64,000 nt of DNA from an uncultured virus (IMG/VR IMGVR_UViG_3300008111_000017) (IMGVR_UViG_3300008111_000017), one strand, 5' to 3'; shown: positions 9,145-19,321, counted from the first letter of the stretch. Numbers and translations: made by a program. The notes: generated by a model not told the origin, from the sequence alone.

Positions 9145-11185
9145 ACCTAAACCCTTCCCACGGTTCAGCGGCGATAGGTAATCCTCTCGCCCAAGATGGC
9201 GCGTCTTCCATAATCTTTTTCAAGTCAGCCTCTCCTAGCTGTGAGTCTTCATCGACTTCTGTTACGAGTTCATCGTGGACTGTGAGAACCACTGGCATAC
9301 CCGCTTCTTCTGCTTTTTGCATAGCATAACGCAAGAGGCAAGCAGATATTGCTTGTGCCAAGTTTTCAGTCAGTATGCCGCCATAAAGAGAATAGGGTTC
9401 ATACTTCTTTGTGAAGCTATTGAGACCCCAAGCAAACAACACATCTTTCTCTTGGCCCCACGGCATCATCTTATTTTCAAGGTACGGCTTGTGGTAGTGG
9501 AGTACCCGCCCACTCGGTAAACGACAGACCAGCCAAGGGCCTTTACAATAATAGGTGATCTTGCCGTTTGCTGCGTTAAACTCTTTGCCTGGATATTTCA
9601 CAGCCTTGATTGCTGCGTCTTCCAAGTCACGCCATAACTGTACGATCTTTGGGTTTGCATCTCTAAAGGCGCGCTTCAATTCGTCTGCGCGTTCATCAGA
9701 CACGAATAGCCCGACTGTCTTTGCCCCTGTTTGGAATGCGCCGACACCACCTTGAAAGCCCAAGAACAGCGACATGGTTTTACCAATCTGGCGCATAGGC
9801 TTATCGACACCCGAGACGTCTATGCCAAAGGCTTTAGCATACTCGACTTTATAGAGGTCTGGCCCTGTGCCTGCATCATATTCTCTGAAGGCTTGTATCT
9901 TCCACAGTTCTCCCGCAAGCCACGCTGTGATACGGCCTTCGATGTTTGAATAGTCTGCGCCGACCAGCTTCTTACCTTTGCCGGCAGTGACAATCGGTCG
10001 TAAGCATTTACTCAATGCCAAGAACGGTGATGATCCGTTCAGCAATTCAATTGCGGCAACGCCCTCGTCCGGTGGAATATCCATATCCAGAACCATCAGC
10101 GTTGTCTCGACCAAGTTTTCTTCAGTCTCCCAATTGATCCGCACCACGTTTTGCAATTGGACTTTCCGGCCAGCCCACCTACCTGTAGAAGCACCGTGAT
10201 ATTGCAGCGTGCCGCGCACTCTATCATCTGCCGAAGAACCAAGGATAAAGGCTTTGTACTTAGCGGTAGACGCCTTGTTTGCTTCAGCCCTTAGATTGAT
10301 AGCTTCAGTGACGTCAGGCGCTCCCCAATTATCTTCTTCCTCGAAAGCCTGTGTCGCCTTATTGCGTATCGCTTCCATCTCTCCTTTCGCTACGCTCTCA
10401 CACGGTATCCCCTTAGAATTGATCCACGCTACGAGCTTAGCTGTCTGGGACGTTGCCGTTACCTGACCACCTGTCAAGGCAGTGATCTTCTTGTTGTATA
10501 GTTTCTTGGCGTACTCAAGCATCGGGATAGCGCGCTTACACCTTTCGATGTCAGCCGCTACACCGCGGTCGTTAATCAGTTGGTCGAGAACCCACACAGC
10601 CTGTTCTTCTTTAGAAAGAATAGGAATGCGCTTACCGACAAGCCGCTCGACGCCAACGTCTATCTTACAGTAATGGTAGAGTGCTTCAGCAAGTTCTGCC
10701 GTGTCCCACCATACGACAGGTTCACCTGGCTTAGACCTTGGCTTACACAGCTTCATCATAGCTTTATAGCCTGTGAAGTCTTTTCGTAACTGGATTTCCA
10801 AAGCGCTCGCCAAGGCGTCTAGCCCTGCCGGTAAACCACACGCAAGTGCCGCAGCCATCGTGCAGTACCACTGGCGTGTCTCTACGTCTGGTAAACCCTT
10901 GACCTGTTTGCGCAGAACGTGCGTCCATATCTGCCGCTCAAAGGCAGCGTTGTGCGCCATGATCCGGCCACCGGCTTTGATGTGGTCGATAAGTTCTTGT
11001 GGGAAAGGGTCTGCGACTTCTGGAACACACAGCACACCCGAGCGCCATATCTGTACAGGCTCGTCGTCTTTGCGCCATGCCATGCACAAGACGCGCGTTG
11101 ACGAGTGCTGTGCATAGACGTGGACACCCGCGGTCTTTAGGTCAACAGTGCTTCGTGTTTCGAAGTCAATGCTATAGATTGGCAA
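9134..11185 (-). CDS. Family A DNA polymerase with 3'-5' exonuclease domain
   Basis: ExoI IDFET, ExoII HNAAFE, ExoIII YCKID; STGRW; motif A DYSNIEGR; motif B RQIGKTMSL; motif C VHDE. Confidence 0.95.
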   Translation of the reverse strand: MPIYSIDFETRSTVDLKTAGVHVYAQHSSTRVLCMAWRKDDEPVQIWRSGVLCVPEVADPFPQELIDHIKAGGRIMAHNAAFERQIWTHVLRKQVKGLPDVETRQWYCTMAAALACGLPAGLDALASALEIQLRKDFTGYKAMMKLCKPRSKPGEPVVWWDTAELAEALYHYCKIDVGVERLVGKRIPILSKEEQAVWVLDQLINDRGVAADIERCKRAIPMLEYAKKLYNKKITALTGGQVTATSQTAKLVAWINSKGIPCESVAKGEMEAIRNKATQAFEEEDNWGAPDVTEAINLRAEANKASTAKYKAFILGSSADDRVRGTLQYHGASTGRWAGRKVQLQNVVRINWETEENLVETTLMVLDMDIPPDEGVAAIELLNGSSPFLALSKCLRPIVTAGKGKKLVGADYSNIEGRITAWLAGELWKIQAFREYDAGTGPDLYKVEYAKAFGIDVSGVDKPMRQIGKTMSLFLGFQGGVGAFQTGAKTVGLFVSDERADELKRAFRDANPKIVQLWRDLEDAAIKAVKYPGKEFNAANGKITYYCKGPWLVCRLPSGRVLHYHKPYLENKMMPWGQEKDVLFAWGLNSFTKKYEPYSLYGGILTENLAQAISACLLRYAMQKAEEAGMPVVLTVHDELVTEVDEDSQLGEADLKKIMEDAPSWARGLPIAAEPWEGFRYGK

Positions 11186-11450
11186 CGTATTCTTCCAGAC
11201 CTTTATCCATACGCGCAGTCATTTCACGGAACATAGGCCGTAGAAATGTAAGATCGTCGGACCCAATGCCTGACGCAAGCTCAATAGGATTTATGCGGTG
11301 CCGATATACCATCTGCGGCGTGTATTGAGTTCTATCGATACGACATTCAATCGTGTAGTGCTTGAGTTTCCCGGTATCGTGGTCGTAATACGGCCATGCT
11401 CTCCAGCGTTTGACGAAGAACATTTTGTACATGAGTTCTGTAAGTGTCAT
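11172..11450 (-). CDS. Hypothetical protein
   Basis: 92-aa ORF overlapping both neighbours. Confidence 0.55.
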   Translation of the reverse strand: MTLTELMYKMFFVKRWRAWPYYDHDTGKLKHYTIECRIDRTQYTPQMVYRHRINPIELASGIGSDDLTFLRPMFREMTARMDKGLEEYVANL

Positions 11451-11965
11451 GCCAGTCTCAACTTCTTATAGGCTTGACAGATAGCGATAGCCTGCATCTC
11501 GGCATCGACGTCAGCTTTGTGGTGAACGCCTGTGTTGCGGACAGGTTTAATATGGACCCGCTTACACAAGGTCTTACCGCACTCGATATTCCAATGCGGC
11601 CAAGGGATCGCAAGACCCGTAGCCCGATAAGCGCATTCAATCAGCACGACATCAAAGCTCGCGCCCCAACCCCATACACCTTCTGGCGCACCAATCCATT
11701 GTTGGAAATTCTCTAGTACATTTCTAACAGGTTTGCGATCTACCTTCAAAGCGTCGCGTGCTTCCTGAGATTGTTCAGCCCACCACGCGATTGTGCTTTC
11801 ATCTTTCGTCATGCCAAGCTCAAGGCAAGATTGAGGCACGATGTTTGCGTAAAACTTCTCACCGATTTCGCCAGTGATCGGGTCAAACTTTGTAGCACCG
11901 ACCGATAAGACGATTGATCCAGGTGCCGTGCCTAATGTTTCCAAGTCGATTGATATGTGGTTCAT
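11447..11965 (-). CDS. DEDDh 3'-5' exonuclease (phage type)
   Basis: IDLETLG, GASFD and HKADVDA motifs. Confidence 0.88.
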   Translation of the reverse strand: MNHISIDLETLGTAPGSIVLSVGATKFDPITGEIGEKFYANIVPQSCLELGMTKDESTIAWWAEQSQEARDALKVDRKPVRNVLENFQQWIGAPEGVWGWGASFDVVLIECAYRATGLAIPWPHWNIECGKTLCKRVHIKPVRNTGVHHKADVDAEMQAIAICQAYKKLRLA

Positions 11966-12153
11966 TATTCGTCCTCTAACAAAATAAACCTTGGTTTATG
12001 TGGATCGATTCGGTGCGTGATAATATCCTCTGGTCTATCACTATCTTCAAACCGAACGACGATGACTGACTGGTCAGTTACCAGATACTTAAACCTGCAT
12101 GGCCGACCCGTCAGGATTTCCCGAGCACGTAAGATCGTCTCAGGGTAGCGCAT
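11965..12153 (-). CDS. Hypothetical protein
   Basis: ATG at 12153 (MRYPET); stop abuts the exonuclease start. Confidence 0.45.
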   Translation of the reverse strand: MRYPETILRAREILTGRPCRFKYLVTDQSVIVVRFEDSDRPEDIITHRIDPHKPRFILLEDE

Positions 12154-12433
12154 CTTGAATGGCCTGCCATTGCTTTTGCACAAGCCATTCACTCCAAGCA
12201 AAGCCCGCAGTTGCCAGAAACAGCAGACCCGACAAGAGCCAATCACCTTCGAGCAGACCGGAAAGGCCGTTAAGCAGGCACGCAATCGAGATTACTAGAA
12301 AGATGAGTGGCTGTCCGTTAGGCACCGCATCCAGGCGGACATACGTAGGGCCTGTAGGGTCTTGGCGGTACCTAACATCGTCCGTGTTAGCTTCAGCCAA
12401 TAGTGTTAGTGCTTTAGGATAATACTTTGTCAT
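12140..12433 (-). CDS. Small membrane protein
   Basis: GGAG RBS; two hydrophobic segments. Confidence 0.6.
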   Translation of the reverse strand: MTKYYPKALTLLAEANTDDVRYRQDPTGPTYVRLDAVPNGQPLIFLVISIACLLNGLSGLLEGDWLLSGLLFLATAGFAWSEWLVQKQWQAIQDALP

Positions 12434-12448
12434 CAGTTCTCTCCAAAG

Positions 12449-12479
12449 AAAAACCCCTGTGACATTTCTGCCACAGGGG
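12449..12479 (-). terminator. Rho-independent terminator after the SSB gene
   Basis: CCCCTGTG/CACAGGGG stem followed by a T-run on the minus strand. Confidence 0.75.
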
Positions 12480-12490
12480 CAAGCCGCAGC

Positions 12491-13171
12491 TTAATCCATC
12501 AAGCCGCTGTAGTCTGTGTCGTCATCAGCCGACGCAGAAGAAGTGTCGCCCATCATATCTGCATAAGCATCAGATGCACGAATAGAGCCTGCTGCCAGTG
12601 GCAAATCGTCACAAATCTTGACGAAGTTCACGAGCCCAAACGAAACGCCCTTGTTGCCTTTCTGATCGTAAGCATAAGGACGCACGGTCATCATACCCCA
12701 GCAGCCGCGATACAAGTCAGCTTCATTTTCAATCGGCTTGAAACCTGTCGCACGGTTTACGACTTCAGGCTTACGGTCTTGCTTTGCGGTAGCGTTGATA
12801 TAAACGCCTTCGGCCAAGAACCCTGGCTTATCCTTTTCCGCCTGCTTGCGGAAAGGCCAACGGATGTTGAGTGACGAAACCTTATCGCCCCACTTCTCCT
12901 TCGCCACAGCCATCGCCGCAGCTTTCAAAGCCTTCACGTCATCCTCTGGCAAAAACGCCAGTGTCGCGCTGAACTTCAGTTCTTGGTTTGGTTCGTCTTT
13001 CGGACGGTTCGGGCGGAACAGATCATAATAGATCAGCCGTCCAACTGAAGTCCGAAAATTGCCGGTAGCTTTACCGTCTTTCAAAATCTCTTTCGAGGGG
13101 AACTGCTTGTACAGATCGGCCAAGTAAGAGTATTCGAGATCGCTTTTAGCAGCCTCTTTGGTCCACGCCAT
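12491..13171 (-). CDS. Single-stranded DNA-binding protein (DUF2815 / T7 gp2.5-like)
   Basis: LYRGCWG...YAYDQKGNKGVSFGLVNF motif, acidic tail, next to a DUF2800 gene. Confidence 0.85.
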   Translation of the reverse strand: MAWTKEAAKSDLEYSYLADLYKQFPSKEILKDGKATGNFRTSVGRLIYYDLFRPNRPKDEPNQELKFSATLAFLPEDDVKALKAAAMAVAKEKWGDKVSSLNIRWPFRKQAEKDKPGFLAEGVYINATAKQDRKPEVVNRATGFKPIENEADLYRGCWGMMTVRPYAYDQKGNKGVSFGLVNFVKICDDLPLAAGSIRASDAYADMMGDTSSASADDDTDYSGLMD

Positions 13172-13194
13172 GGGACATTCCTTTCAATCAGCCG

Positions 13195-14463
13195 TTAGGT
13201 TAGCAGGTCAGCATAGGTTGCTGCTGCATCCAGAGGGGATACGGCCTCCCCCCTCTCGGATTCTGGAACCAGCTTTAGCCCCGACGATTCTTTCGTCATA
13301 AACTCAAGCGTGATATATTGTTTTGCTGCCTTAAACTCATCACTATCAAGTAGCGTGCGCTTCAGGCGGCTTTCGATTTCAGTGATAGTCGCCAACTTAC
13401 GTGGGCGAACATCGTCTTCTTCAAGCCCATAGAGAAGCTGAAGCGTATCGCTGATGGTGAGTTCATCATCAGACCATTTACGCTTACCGCTTTTCTCGAC
13501 GAGCTTAAAGCCTGGCACTTTCTTTCCAGACAGTGCCGTGTGGTAGGCCAATTGGCTAACCGCTTCGCACCATGCCTCAATGCTTTTGATCGACACAAGC
13601 AAGCGTGCCAAGTCTTCAGGCTTGAGGTCTTCGGTTGGTTGGACCTTAAACATATTGAAGTCACTCTCTAACAGATCAGCGTAGTCTACGCCAAGAGATT
13701 CCAGCACTGCGTTTTTGTTGGCAGGGCATACGGCTGCGGCATCACAGAACGTACACCATTCGCCGGCAATGACAGGAGCATCGGGTTCTTTGCATCGCTC
13801 AATAGCTTGTTCGATCTCAAGCGGTACGCTGCGCAGACGTTCTGCTGTTGTCAGCCAGCGCTTGACTGCATCTTCAGGCGATGCGGCAAACACGTTTGGC
13901 TGAACGATGATAAGCTCGACTGAAGAAATCTCGAAACCTTTTGCTTCAGCTTCACGAACAACCGCTGCCCCGTAGAAAAGCTCTTGATCGTTTTCTTCTG
14001 GATCGACTGGCTGTTGACCGTTCTTGTAGTCGATGATCTTCAACGTTCCCGTGTCGATATGGTAGAGCCCAAAGTCCATAGACCCATAACATTCATCAGC
14101 ATACTTGGCTGTCGGGTAGACCTTAACTTCAATCCACTCTTTAGCACCCGGGTATGCTTTGCGCAGAGAAGCGATCGTATCGAGATAGACATTGACGGCT
14201 TCTGCCATGTCTTTGTCATCCCACGGTGCGCCTTCCCAACGGGGTTGCGGGTCCATCGCAAGGACTTCGCGTGCGTCAGTAATATCGTGGCGCAAGCAAT
14301 ACTCTACGAGGTTATGGGCTTTTGTTCCCTTTGCTGCCGCAGGACCGGAGGGTTTACGCGGTACGGTTTGCAGGAGTGTGATCGAACCTGGACAATTCTT
14401 CCACCGCTTATAGGAAGAACCACCGAAGACCGCGTGTGCAGATTGCTCTAGCTCATTTGGCAT
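13195..14463 (-). CDS. Cas4-like PD-(D/E)XK exonuclease (DUF2800)
   Basis: RWKNCPGS, GTKAH, GSMD, IIDYKNG, QELFY, WCTFC...C; AGGAG RBS before ATG 14463. Confidence 0.88.
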   Translation of the reverse strand: MPNELEQSAHAVFGGSSYKRWKNCPGSITLLQTVPRKPSGPAAAKGTKAHNLVEYCLRHDITDAREVLAMDPQPRWEGAPWDDKDMAEAVNVYLDTIASLRKAYPGAKEWIEVKVYPTAKYADECYGSMDFGLYHIDTGTLKIIDYKNGQQPVDPEENDQELFYGAAVVREAEAKGFEISSVELIIVQPNVFAASPEDAVKRWLTTAERLRSVPLEIEQAIERCKEPDAPVIAGEWCTFCDAAAVCPANKNAVLESLGVDYADLLESDFNMFKVQPTEDLKPEDLARLLVSIKSIEAWCEAVSQLAYHTALSGKKVPGFKLVEKSGKRKWSDDELTISDTLQLLYGLEEDDVRPRKLATITEIESRLKRTLLDSDEFKAAKQYITLEFMTKESSGLKLVPESERGEAVSPLDAAATYADLLT

Positions 14464-14644
14464 ACCGTACTCCTGACCACATACCTGAACAAACAAAAGG
14501 GTCTTCAAATGCTAAAACCCATGGAGGAAGGGACGCAGCGCTAAAGCTATCTTCCCTTGTCACTACAACCTCGTCATGCACCAAGTAGCCGATGACATTG
14601 CCTTCATCGTCGTACAGATTGACTACTTCGTCGGCGCTGCTCAT
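14453..14644 (-). CDS. Hypothetical protein
   Basis: 63-aa ORF overlapping both neighbours. Confidence 0.5.
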   Translation of the reverse strand: MSSADEVVNLYDDEGNVIGYLVHDEVVVTREDSFSAASLPPWVLAFEDPFVCSGMWSGVRYAK

Positions 14645-15255
14645 GCTTGGAGCTTTTCAGCCAAGAAGTTATAGAGCGCTTCCATGTGCGCGCCGTCAAT
14701 CGCAGCAAGCTGAGGCGCGCCGCCGATGTCAATATAGGCTTGCTTCAGTTCTGCGGGTGAGAGCTTACGGTTGCGGATGATCTTACCGACGAGAGTTTGT
14801 AGGTCTTCACGTCGAATAACTGAAGGCTTTTCTTCAGCCTCAGCTTGTGGTTCTGTAACGACGTCAGACATGATGTCATCAACAGGCGCAGACGTTACAG
14901 GCTCAAGATCAGGATCACCTTCTTGTGGTGGTAAACCCGCAGCACGTTCAGCTTCCATTTCTTCCTTCGTGCGCCGCTTCCGCTTTGGTTTGTCTTCGAT
15001 GACGACAGCGTTGTCTTCAGGCGGTAAGGTCTGTCCAGCAGTTGCCTCTTGTGATTCGTCGGTATTATCTACCGTGCGAGTTCCGCAGCCATCGTTGACT
15101 GACGTGGCAAAACGCACTTCGTTCTCGGCAGGAGCGTTCACCAACTTCCATTCGATCCTCTGCCGTTGGTGCTCCATTAGGCCTCCGGACAAAGTTTTCA
15201 GTTCACTCAGGATTTGTTCGGCTGTCTCGCCATTGATAGTCAAGGTAATTGGCAT
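14641..15255 (-). CDS. Hypothetical protein of the DUF2800/DUF2815 replication cluster
   Basis: GAGGAG RBS; acidic linker with KPKRKRRTKEEM; helical C-terminus. Confidence 0.7.
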   Translation of the reverse strand: MPITLTINGETAEQILSELKTLSGGLMEHQRQRIEWKLVNAPAENEVRFATSVNDGCGTRTVDNTDESQEATAGQTLPPEDNAVVIEDKPKRKRRTKEEMEAERAAGLPPQEGDPDLEPVTSAPVDDIMSDVVTEPQAEAEEKPSVIRREDLQTLVGKIIRNRKLSPAELKQAYIDIGGAPQLAAIDGAHMEALYNFLAEKLQA

Positions 15256-15259
15256 GTGT

Positions 15260-15634
15260 TTAGTTCTCCTCGTTTGTGTTTCGTTTATCTTTTACTTGCT
15301 GTTCCATAGCCTGCCTTCGGGAAAACCAGTATGTCTTCGAAGGTGAGACTATGGAGAAACTGCTCTGGCAACAGGCATCCATAAGTTTTAGCGCCAACTT
15401 TTCTGCGCGGTCCTGTAATTCCGCCTCAGAAGATGGAAATCTAGCATAGTTTATGATACCTACGCTAAAACCTTCTTCCTCTCCGCCCGTATAAATATAA
15501 GTACATGGCGTGATTGTGACGCAGAAACCTTCCTGAAAACAATAGTGCCTGCACACTTGCTTCGCTACAGAAATATCTCCTGCCATGTGTATAGAGAACA
15601 CTCGACTGTCGGTATGCTTTACCTCCATAATCAA
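15260..15634 (-). CDS. Conserved phage hypothetical protein coupled to the PAPS-reductase-like gene
   Basis: YIYTGGEEEGFSVGIINYARFP; overlaps the upstream stop. Confidence 0.65.
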   Translation of the reverse strand: MIMEVKHTDSRVFSIHMAGDISVAKQVCRHYCFQEGFCVTITPCTYIYTGGEEEGFSVGIINYARFPSSEAELQDRAEKLALKLMDACCQSSFSIVSPSKTYWFSRRQAMEQQVKDKRNTNEEN

Positions 15635-16386
15635 CTCCTTTCTTCACAGAAAATGCCGCAGTCTGGCATCTTCATTGACTTTAGCGAACGGCCTTTGGCG
15701 TCTGCGGGAAGGTCATCTAAGAAGATTCGTCTCCCTTTAAACCGCGTCAGTTTAGCGCCAATCTCTCTCGACTGTTGCGCCCTATCGGCAAAGACTTCTG
15801 GGTGCATTTTTCGGACATGGTTCCAGTAGCTCGGGCTTGTCGCCTTGACGCATCCGACGCAGTTAGCATTTGGGTAGCCCATGAAATAGATACGTGGAAG
15901 TGCGATACCTGCCTCACGGATTATATCAAAACAATCTTCTTTCGTGAGACCCGCTTCAATAAGAACTGGTAACACGTTACTTCTTTCGGTCAAGGCAAAA
16001 CGGTCGTGTCGTGCCTTTTCTTCCACAGTAAACCCCATCACTAAATGGTCGTGGTGATTTTTGCTTTCCCACTGTTGCCGTGCGATCTTTTTTAATTGCT
16101 GGGTACAAGGCGCGCCGTCACGACCGCTCATATACTTACGCTTCTCCCATACGTCTCTGGCAGAAGGACGTTCCCACTTGGAGTTTGTAGCGGATTCTAT
16201 CTCAATCCCTAACCACTTTTCTACGTCTTTAAGAAAACGCTGGTTGTCCGCGTCTTCCTCAAGCACTGGGTTGTTGACGACGCGAATGATATGACTGTTG
16301 TGATAGCGTTCAATAGTTTTCTTTGCCGCTACGGCAGACGCCGCACCACACGAAAACCAAACAACAATAGTTTCTCTTTGATCCAT
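15631..16386 (-). CDS. PAPS-reductase-like (HUP/PP-loop) Fe-S protein
   Basis: WFSCGAAS PP-loop variant, APCTQQLKK, NANCVGCVK, DCGIFC. Confidence 0.8.
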   Translation of the reverse strand: MDQRETIVVWFSCGAASAVAAKKTIERYHNSHIIRVVNNPVLEEDADNQRFLKDVEKWLGIEIESATNSKWERPSARDVWEKRKYMSGRDGAPCTQQLKKIARQQWESKNHHDHLVMGFTVEEKARHDRFALTERSNVLPVLIEAGLTKEDCFDIIREAGIALPRIYFMGYPNANCVGCVKATSPSYWNHVRKMHPEVFADRAQQSREIGAKLTRFKGRRIFLDDLPADAKGRSLKSMKMPDCGIFCEERS

Positions 16387-16392
16387 TGCGCC

Positions 16393-16653
16393 CTACTCGT
16401 TTGGAATTGTAAAGCCAAGGGCTTTGAGTTGTTTGGAAAGTTTGTCGAGCGATTCGTCGTCGAGACCTGCCTCACGTTGCGCGCGTTGATGTTCTCTACG
16501 CCAATCTTGGTCCGCGTCAAACCAACCTGCGTAAAAGTACCCGCCCAGTGCGATGTCGGGCGGCCAATCCCACCGTCGGTAAGCCAAACGTCCCGCGTTA
16601 TATTCCGCCATTTGCTCCGTTGTTTCAGGATTATATTTAGCTCTTTCGAACAT
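16393..16653 (-). CDS. Hypothetical protein
   Basis: AAGGGG RBS; TTGACA upstream at 16702-16707 on the minus strand. Confidence 0.6.
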   Translation of the reverse strand: MFERAKYNPETTEQMAEYNAGRLAYRRWDWPPDIALGGYFYAGWFDADQDWRREHQRAQREAGLDDESLDKLSKQLKALGFTIPNE

Positions 16654-16703
16654 CTCTTATCCCCTTTCGTTAGACTAACTTGTTACGTTATTCACTCGTG
16701 TTG

Positions 16704-18065
16704 TCAAGCACTAAGTTTAAAAGCGTTCGCATCAATCGCTGTGATATTTGCAGTCTTCTCAGCAAGCGTCGCAACGACAACATCATCAATCGTATCTGCC
16801 AGTGATACGAACGTTGCGTTTACACTGCGCGTCTGCCCAATCCGGTGAACGCGCATGAGTGCCTGCATATTATCTGCCGGCGACCAAGATTGTTCGAGCA
16901 TAAAAATATCAGAAGCGGCAGTCAGCGTAATGTTTGTTCCTGCTGCTCTGATATTTCCAATCACAACCCGACACTTTGGATCATTTTGGAACCGTTCGAT
17001 GTTGGCTTTACGCACTGTCGGATTTACATCGCCGCGGATCATAACTGATTCGATACCGTGTTTCTTCAAGGTATCTGCAACAATCTGTCCTGCCACTGTA
17101 TGCCAGCACATGACAACAGCTTTATCAAGACCACCTTGTAAACGTGTCACAAGTTCTTCAGCAAACGGTGGAGCCTTGGCTTCACCAATCAATCGCCGCA
17201 GTCGCGCGATATACTCAATCTCTTGTGACAATTGCTCAAGCGTGCCGTCTCTCGCGGCTTGCCGGATGGCTTCATCAAGATCAGGGTGTTCAGAGATCAG
17301 TTTACGCACGCTTGAATCTTGCCCGTGCATACGCATCTCAAGCATAAAGATCGGTGGTGCATCTTTCCACCACTCACTCTTTGGCCGCGCAATGCTGACG
17401 CTATCAAGCATTTCTTTCAGGTAGACTTCAGCACCTGGCTTGATCGAATAACGTGCGCCGTGGGTTGTTGGTGAACCGTCAAACCAGCGTGACTTAAACT
17501 GCGCAGAGGTAAGATCAGTTGCGCCTGCCCTACGCAAGAACGTCCACGCATCTGTTGGATCATTCGCCATTGGCGTACCTGTCAAGAACCAGACATACTG
17601 CGCCCATTGCGTGAGCCCATATTGCCCGTCACAATTTGGCCCGAGCAAAGCTGCGGTGCGGTTCGCTGTAGGGTTCTTGATATAGTGGCTTTCGTCGATC
17701 ACGCAGAAGTCAAAGATGTCGTCGAGCTTCTTGAATATCTTGATGTGCCGCGTAACAAACTCATAGCTGCACAACAAAACATCTTTCTTGCCGGTGATCC
17801 AGAGCTTTAAATCGTGAAGGCTTAAAGCGATCTGCACTTTGCGCGGCACAGTTGTCCACTGCCTGATCTCTCGCGCCCATGTCTGGCGTGAAATGGCAGG
17901 ACCGACAATGATACCACGTGTCAAGCCTAGCTTGTCAAGTGCCATAATGACCTGTGCACTTTTCCCGGAGCCCGGAGGATCGAATAATCCTGCTACTTCC
18001 TTAGCCGCAAGAAACTCTGCTCCTGCTTTTTGGTGAGGTAGGTCTAGGACTTTCACACGAACCAC
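16704..18065 (-). CDS. SNF2-family helicase
   Basis: PGSGKS, IDESH, LTGTP, GTNITLT, QALMRVHRIGQ. Confidence 0.92.
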   Translation of the reverse strand: MVRVKVLDLPHQKAGAEFLAAKEVAGLFDPPGSGKSAQVIMALDKLGLTRGIIVGPAISRQTWAREIRQWTTVPRKVQIALSLHDLKLWITGKKDVLLCSYEFVTRHIKIFKKLDDIFDFCVIDESHYIKNPTANRTAALLGPNCDGQYGLTQWAQYVWFLTGTPMANDPTDAWTFLRRAGATDLTSAQFKSRWFDGSPTTHGARYSIKPGAEVYLKEMLDSVSIARPKSEWWKDAPPIFMLEMRMHGQDSSVRKLISEHPDLDEAIRQAARDGTLEQLSQEIEYIARLRRLIGEAKAPPFAEELVTRLQGGLDKAVVMCWHTVAGQIVADTLKKHGIESVMIRGDVNPTVRKANIERFQNDPKCRVVIGNIRAAGTNITLTAASDIFMLEQSWSPADNMQALMRVHRIGQTRSVNATFVSLADTIDDVVVATLAEKTANITAIDANAFKLSA

Positions 18066-18571
18066 GACAAAATTCTAGCTGCGGTTTCTTGCGGAGTCAT
18101 ATCACCGACGACAAACTTTGCGTCATGTCCTTGTTCAAGCGCTTCGCTTGAATGTTGGTGCCGGTATAGGTTCTCGGGTAACTCACGCTCCAGCCGGACA
18201 ATCTTGCCGCCAAGTGATCTGATCTGTGCGATCTCATTGTCAAAACGCACATCATCGACAACCACGTTCTTGCCGTGAGCTTTGATATAAAGATCACGTC
18301 GCCACGCACGAAGCCAGATGTCGTCCTGAATAAGGTTACGGCCCCACTCTGTACCGAGCGTCTGCATCATATACCTTGGCGTCACCCCAAAGACAGGGTT
18401 CACAACTTCTTTCTGATCCCCGTATAGTTCATTGTCTGAAAGCCCAAGAGTCGACAACATATTCTTTAACGGCGCAGCAAAAGGTAAGCAGACATAGCCG
18501 TAGTCTTCTACCAAGATACGCGCGATCGTGCTTTTACCGACACCTGCTTTACCTGTGATTCCCAAAATCAT
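18053..18571 (-). CDS. Deoxynucleoside monophosphate kinase
   Basis: GKAGVGKST, FAAPLK, RYMMQTLGTEWGR, DVRFDNE, HSSE. Confidence 0.92.
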   Translation of the reverse strand: MILGITGKAGVGKSTIARILVEDYGYVCLPFAAPLKNMLSTLGLSDNELYGDQKEVVNPVFGVTPRYMMQTLGTEWGRNLIQDDIWLRAWRRDLYIKAHGKNVVVDDVRFDNEIAQIRSLGGKIVRLERELPENLYRHQHSSEALEQGHDAKFVVGDMTPQETAARILSWFV

Positions 18572-18831
18572 TTCAGACCCCCTGATACTGTGTCGTCTAT
18601 GCGATGAACGTAGACATGTTCTTTGTCGTGCGATAAGCGAAACCGCCACCACGTATTCCCGCTACGCCGCTTCCACATAAGCAGCGCAGATTGCACTCTG
18701 CCCCGTACATCGACAGGCATTTCATTCTCGACAGGGATAGTCATCTTATCCCCGACCGACATATCCTTGAAGTTATAGCGCCGCGTTACTGGCGGTGGGT
18801 TACGCCACGGGTCTTGCTCTATCTTAAACAC
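18568..18831 (-). CDS. Hypothetical protein, possibly DNA-binding
   Basis: YNFKDMSVGD motif; coupled ORF. Confidence 0.6.
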   Translation of the reverse strand: MFKIEQDPWRNPPPVTRRYNFKDMSVGDKMTIPVENEMPVDVRGRVQSALLMWKRRSGNTWWRFRLSHDKEHVYVHRIDDTVSGGLK

Positions 18832-19321
18832 CCATCATCTCCTTAGTCCAGACATGGCGACGTGCATACAGCGCAATCAATGCAGCTTCAGCACGGTCTG
18901 CTCGTGCTTTTGTTTTCCACGCTTCACGAAAGTACGGGATAATCTCGGTAGCTTTAGCTGCTGCCAAGTGCTTTTCCCGCGGCACTTTCATCTTGGCTTT
19001 CCACAAAATAGGTGCAGGGTTATTGATCTCCATGTTTAGTGCCGCAGCTACACCCCATAAGATACCGTAGCCCGCGCCAAACACAAAGCTCGCTGCGCCT
19101 GATTGACCTGGCATACCGCCGACTTGCTCGATAGCAATATGATTAGCACCTGATTCCCACAGCAAAGTATAGACCCCGTGCGGACAAACGTGATGGCGCT
19201 CTTTCGTACCAACCTTTATGGCTTTCGTTGGCATGTCCCATATCTTTGTGATACGCTCAACGCTTGTATCGTAAAGCGCGATAGCGCCAGAAGCTCCAGG
19301 GTCTACGCCTAAGATCAACAT
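18824..19321 (-). CDS. RuvC-like Holliday junction resolvase
   Basis: ILGVDPGASGAIA, IAIEQV, DRAEAALIA. Confidence 0.9.
   Translation of the reverse strand: MLILGVDPGASGAIALYDTSVERITKIWDMPTKAIKVGTKERHHVCPHGVYTLLWESGANHIAIEQVGGMPGQSGAASFVFGAGYGILWGVAAALNMEINNPAPILWKAKMKVPREKHLAAAKATEIIPYFREAWKTKARADRAEAALIALYARRHVWTKEMMGV

Noticed and set aside
13195..14463. Cas4-like gene as evidence of CRISPR-Cas
   Set aside because: It sits in the usual DUF2800-DUF2815-PolA phage replication cluster
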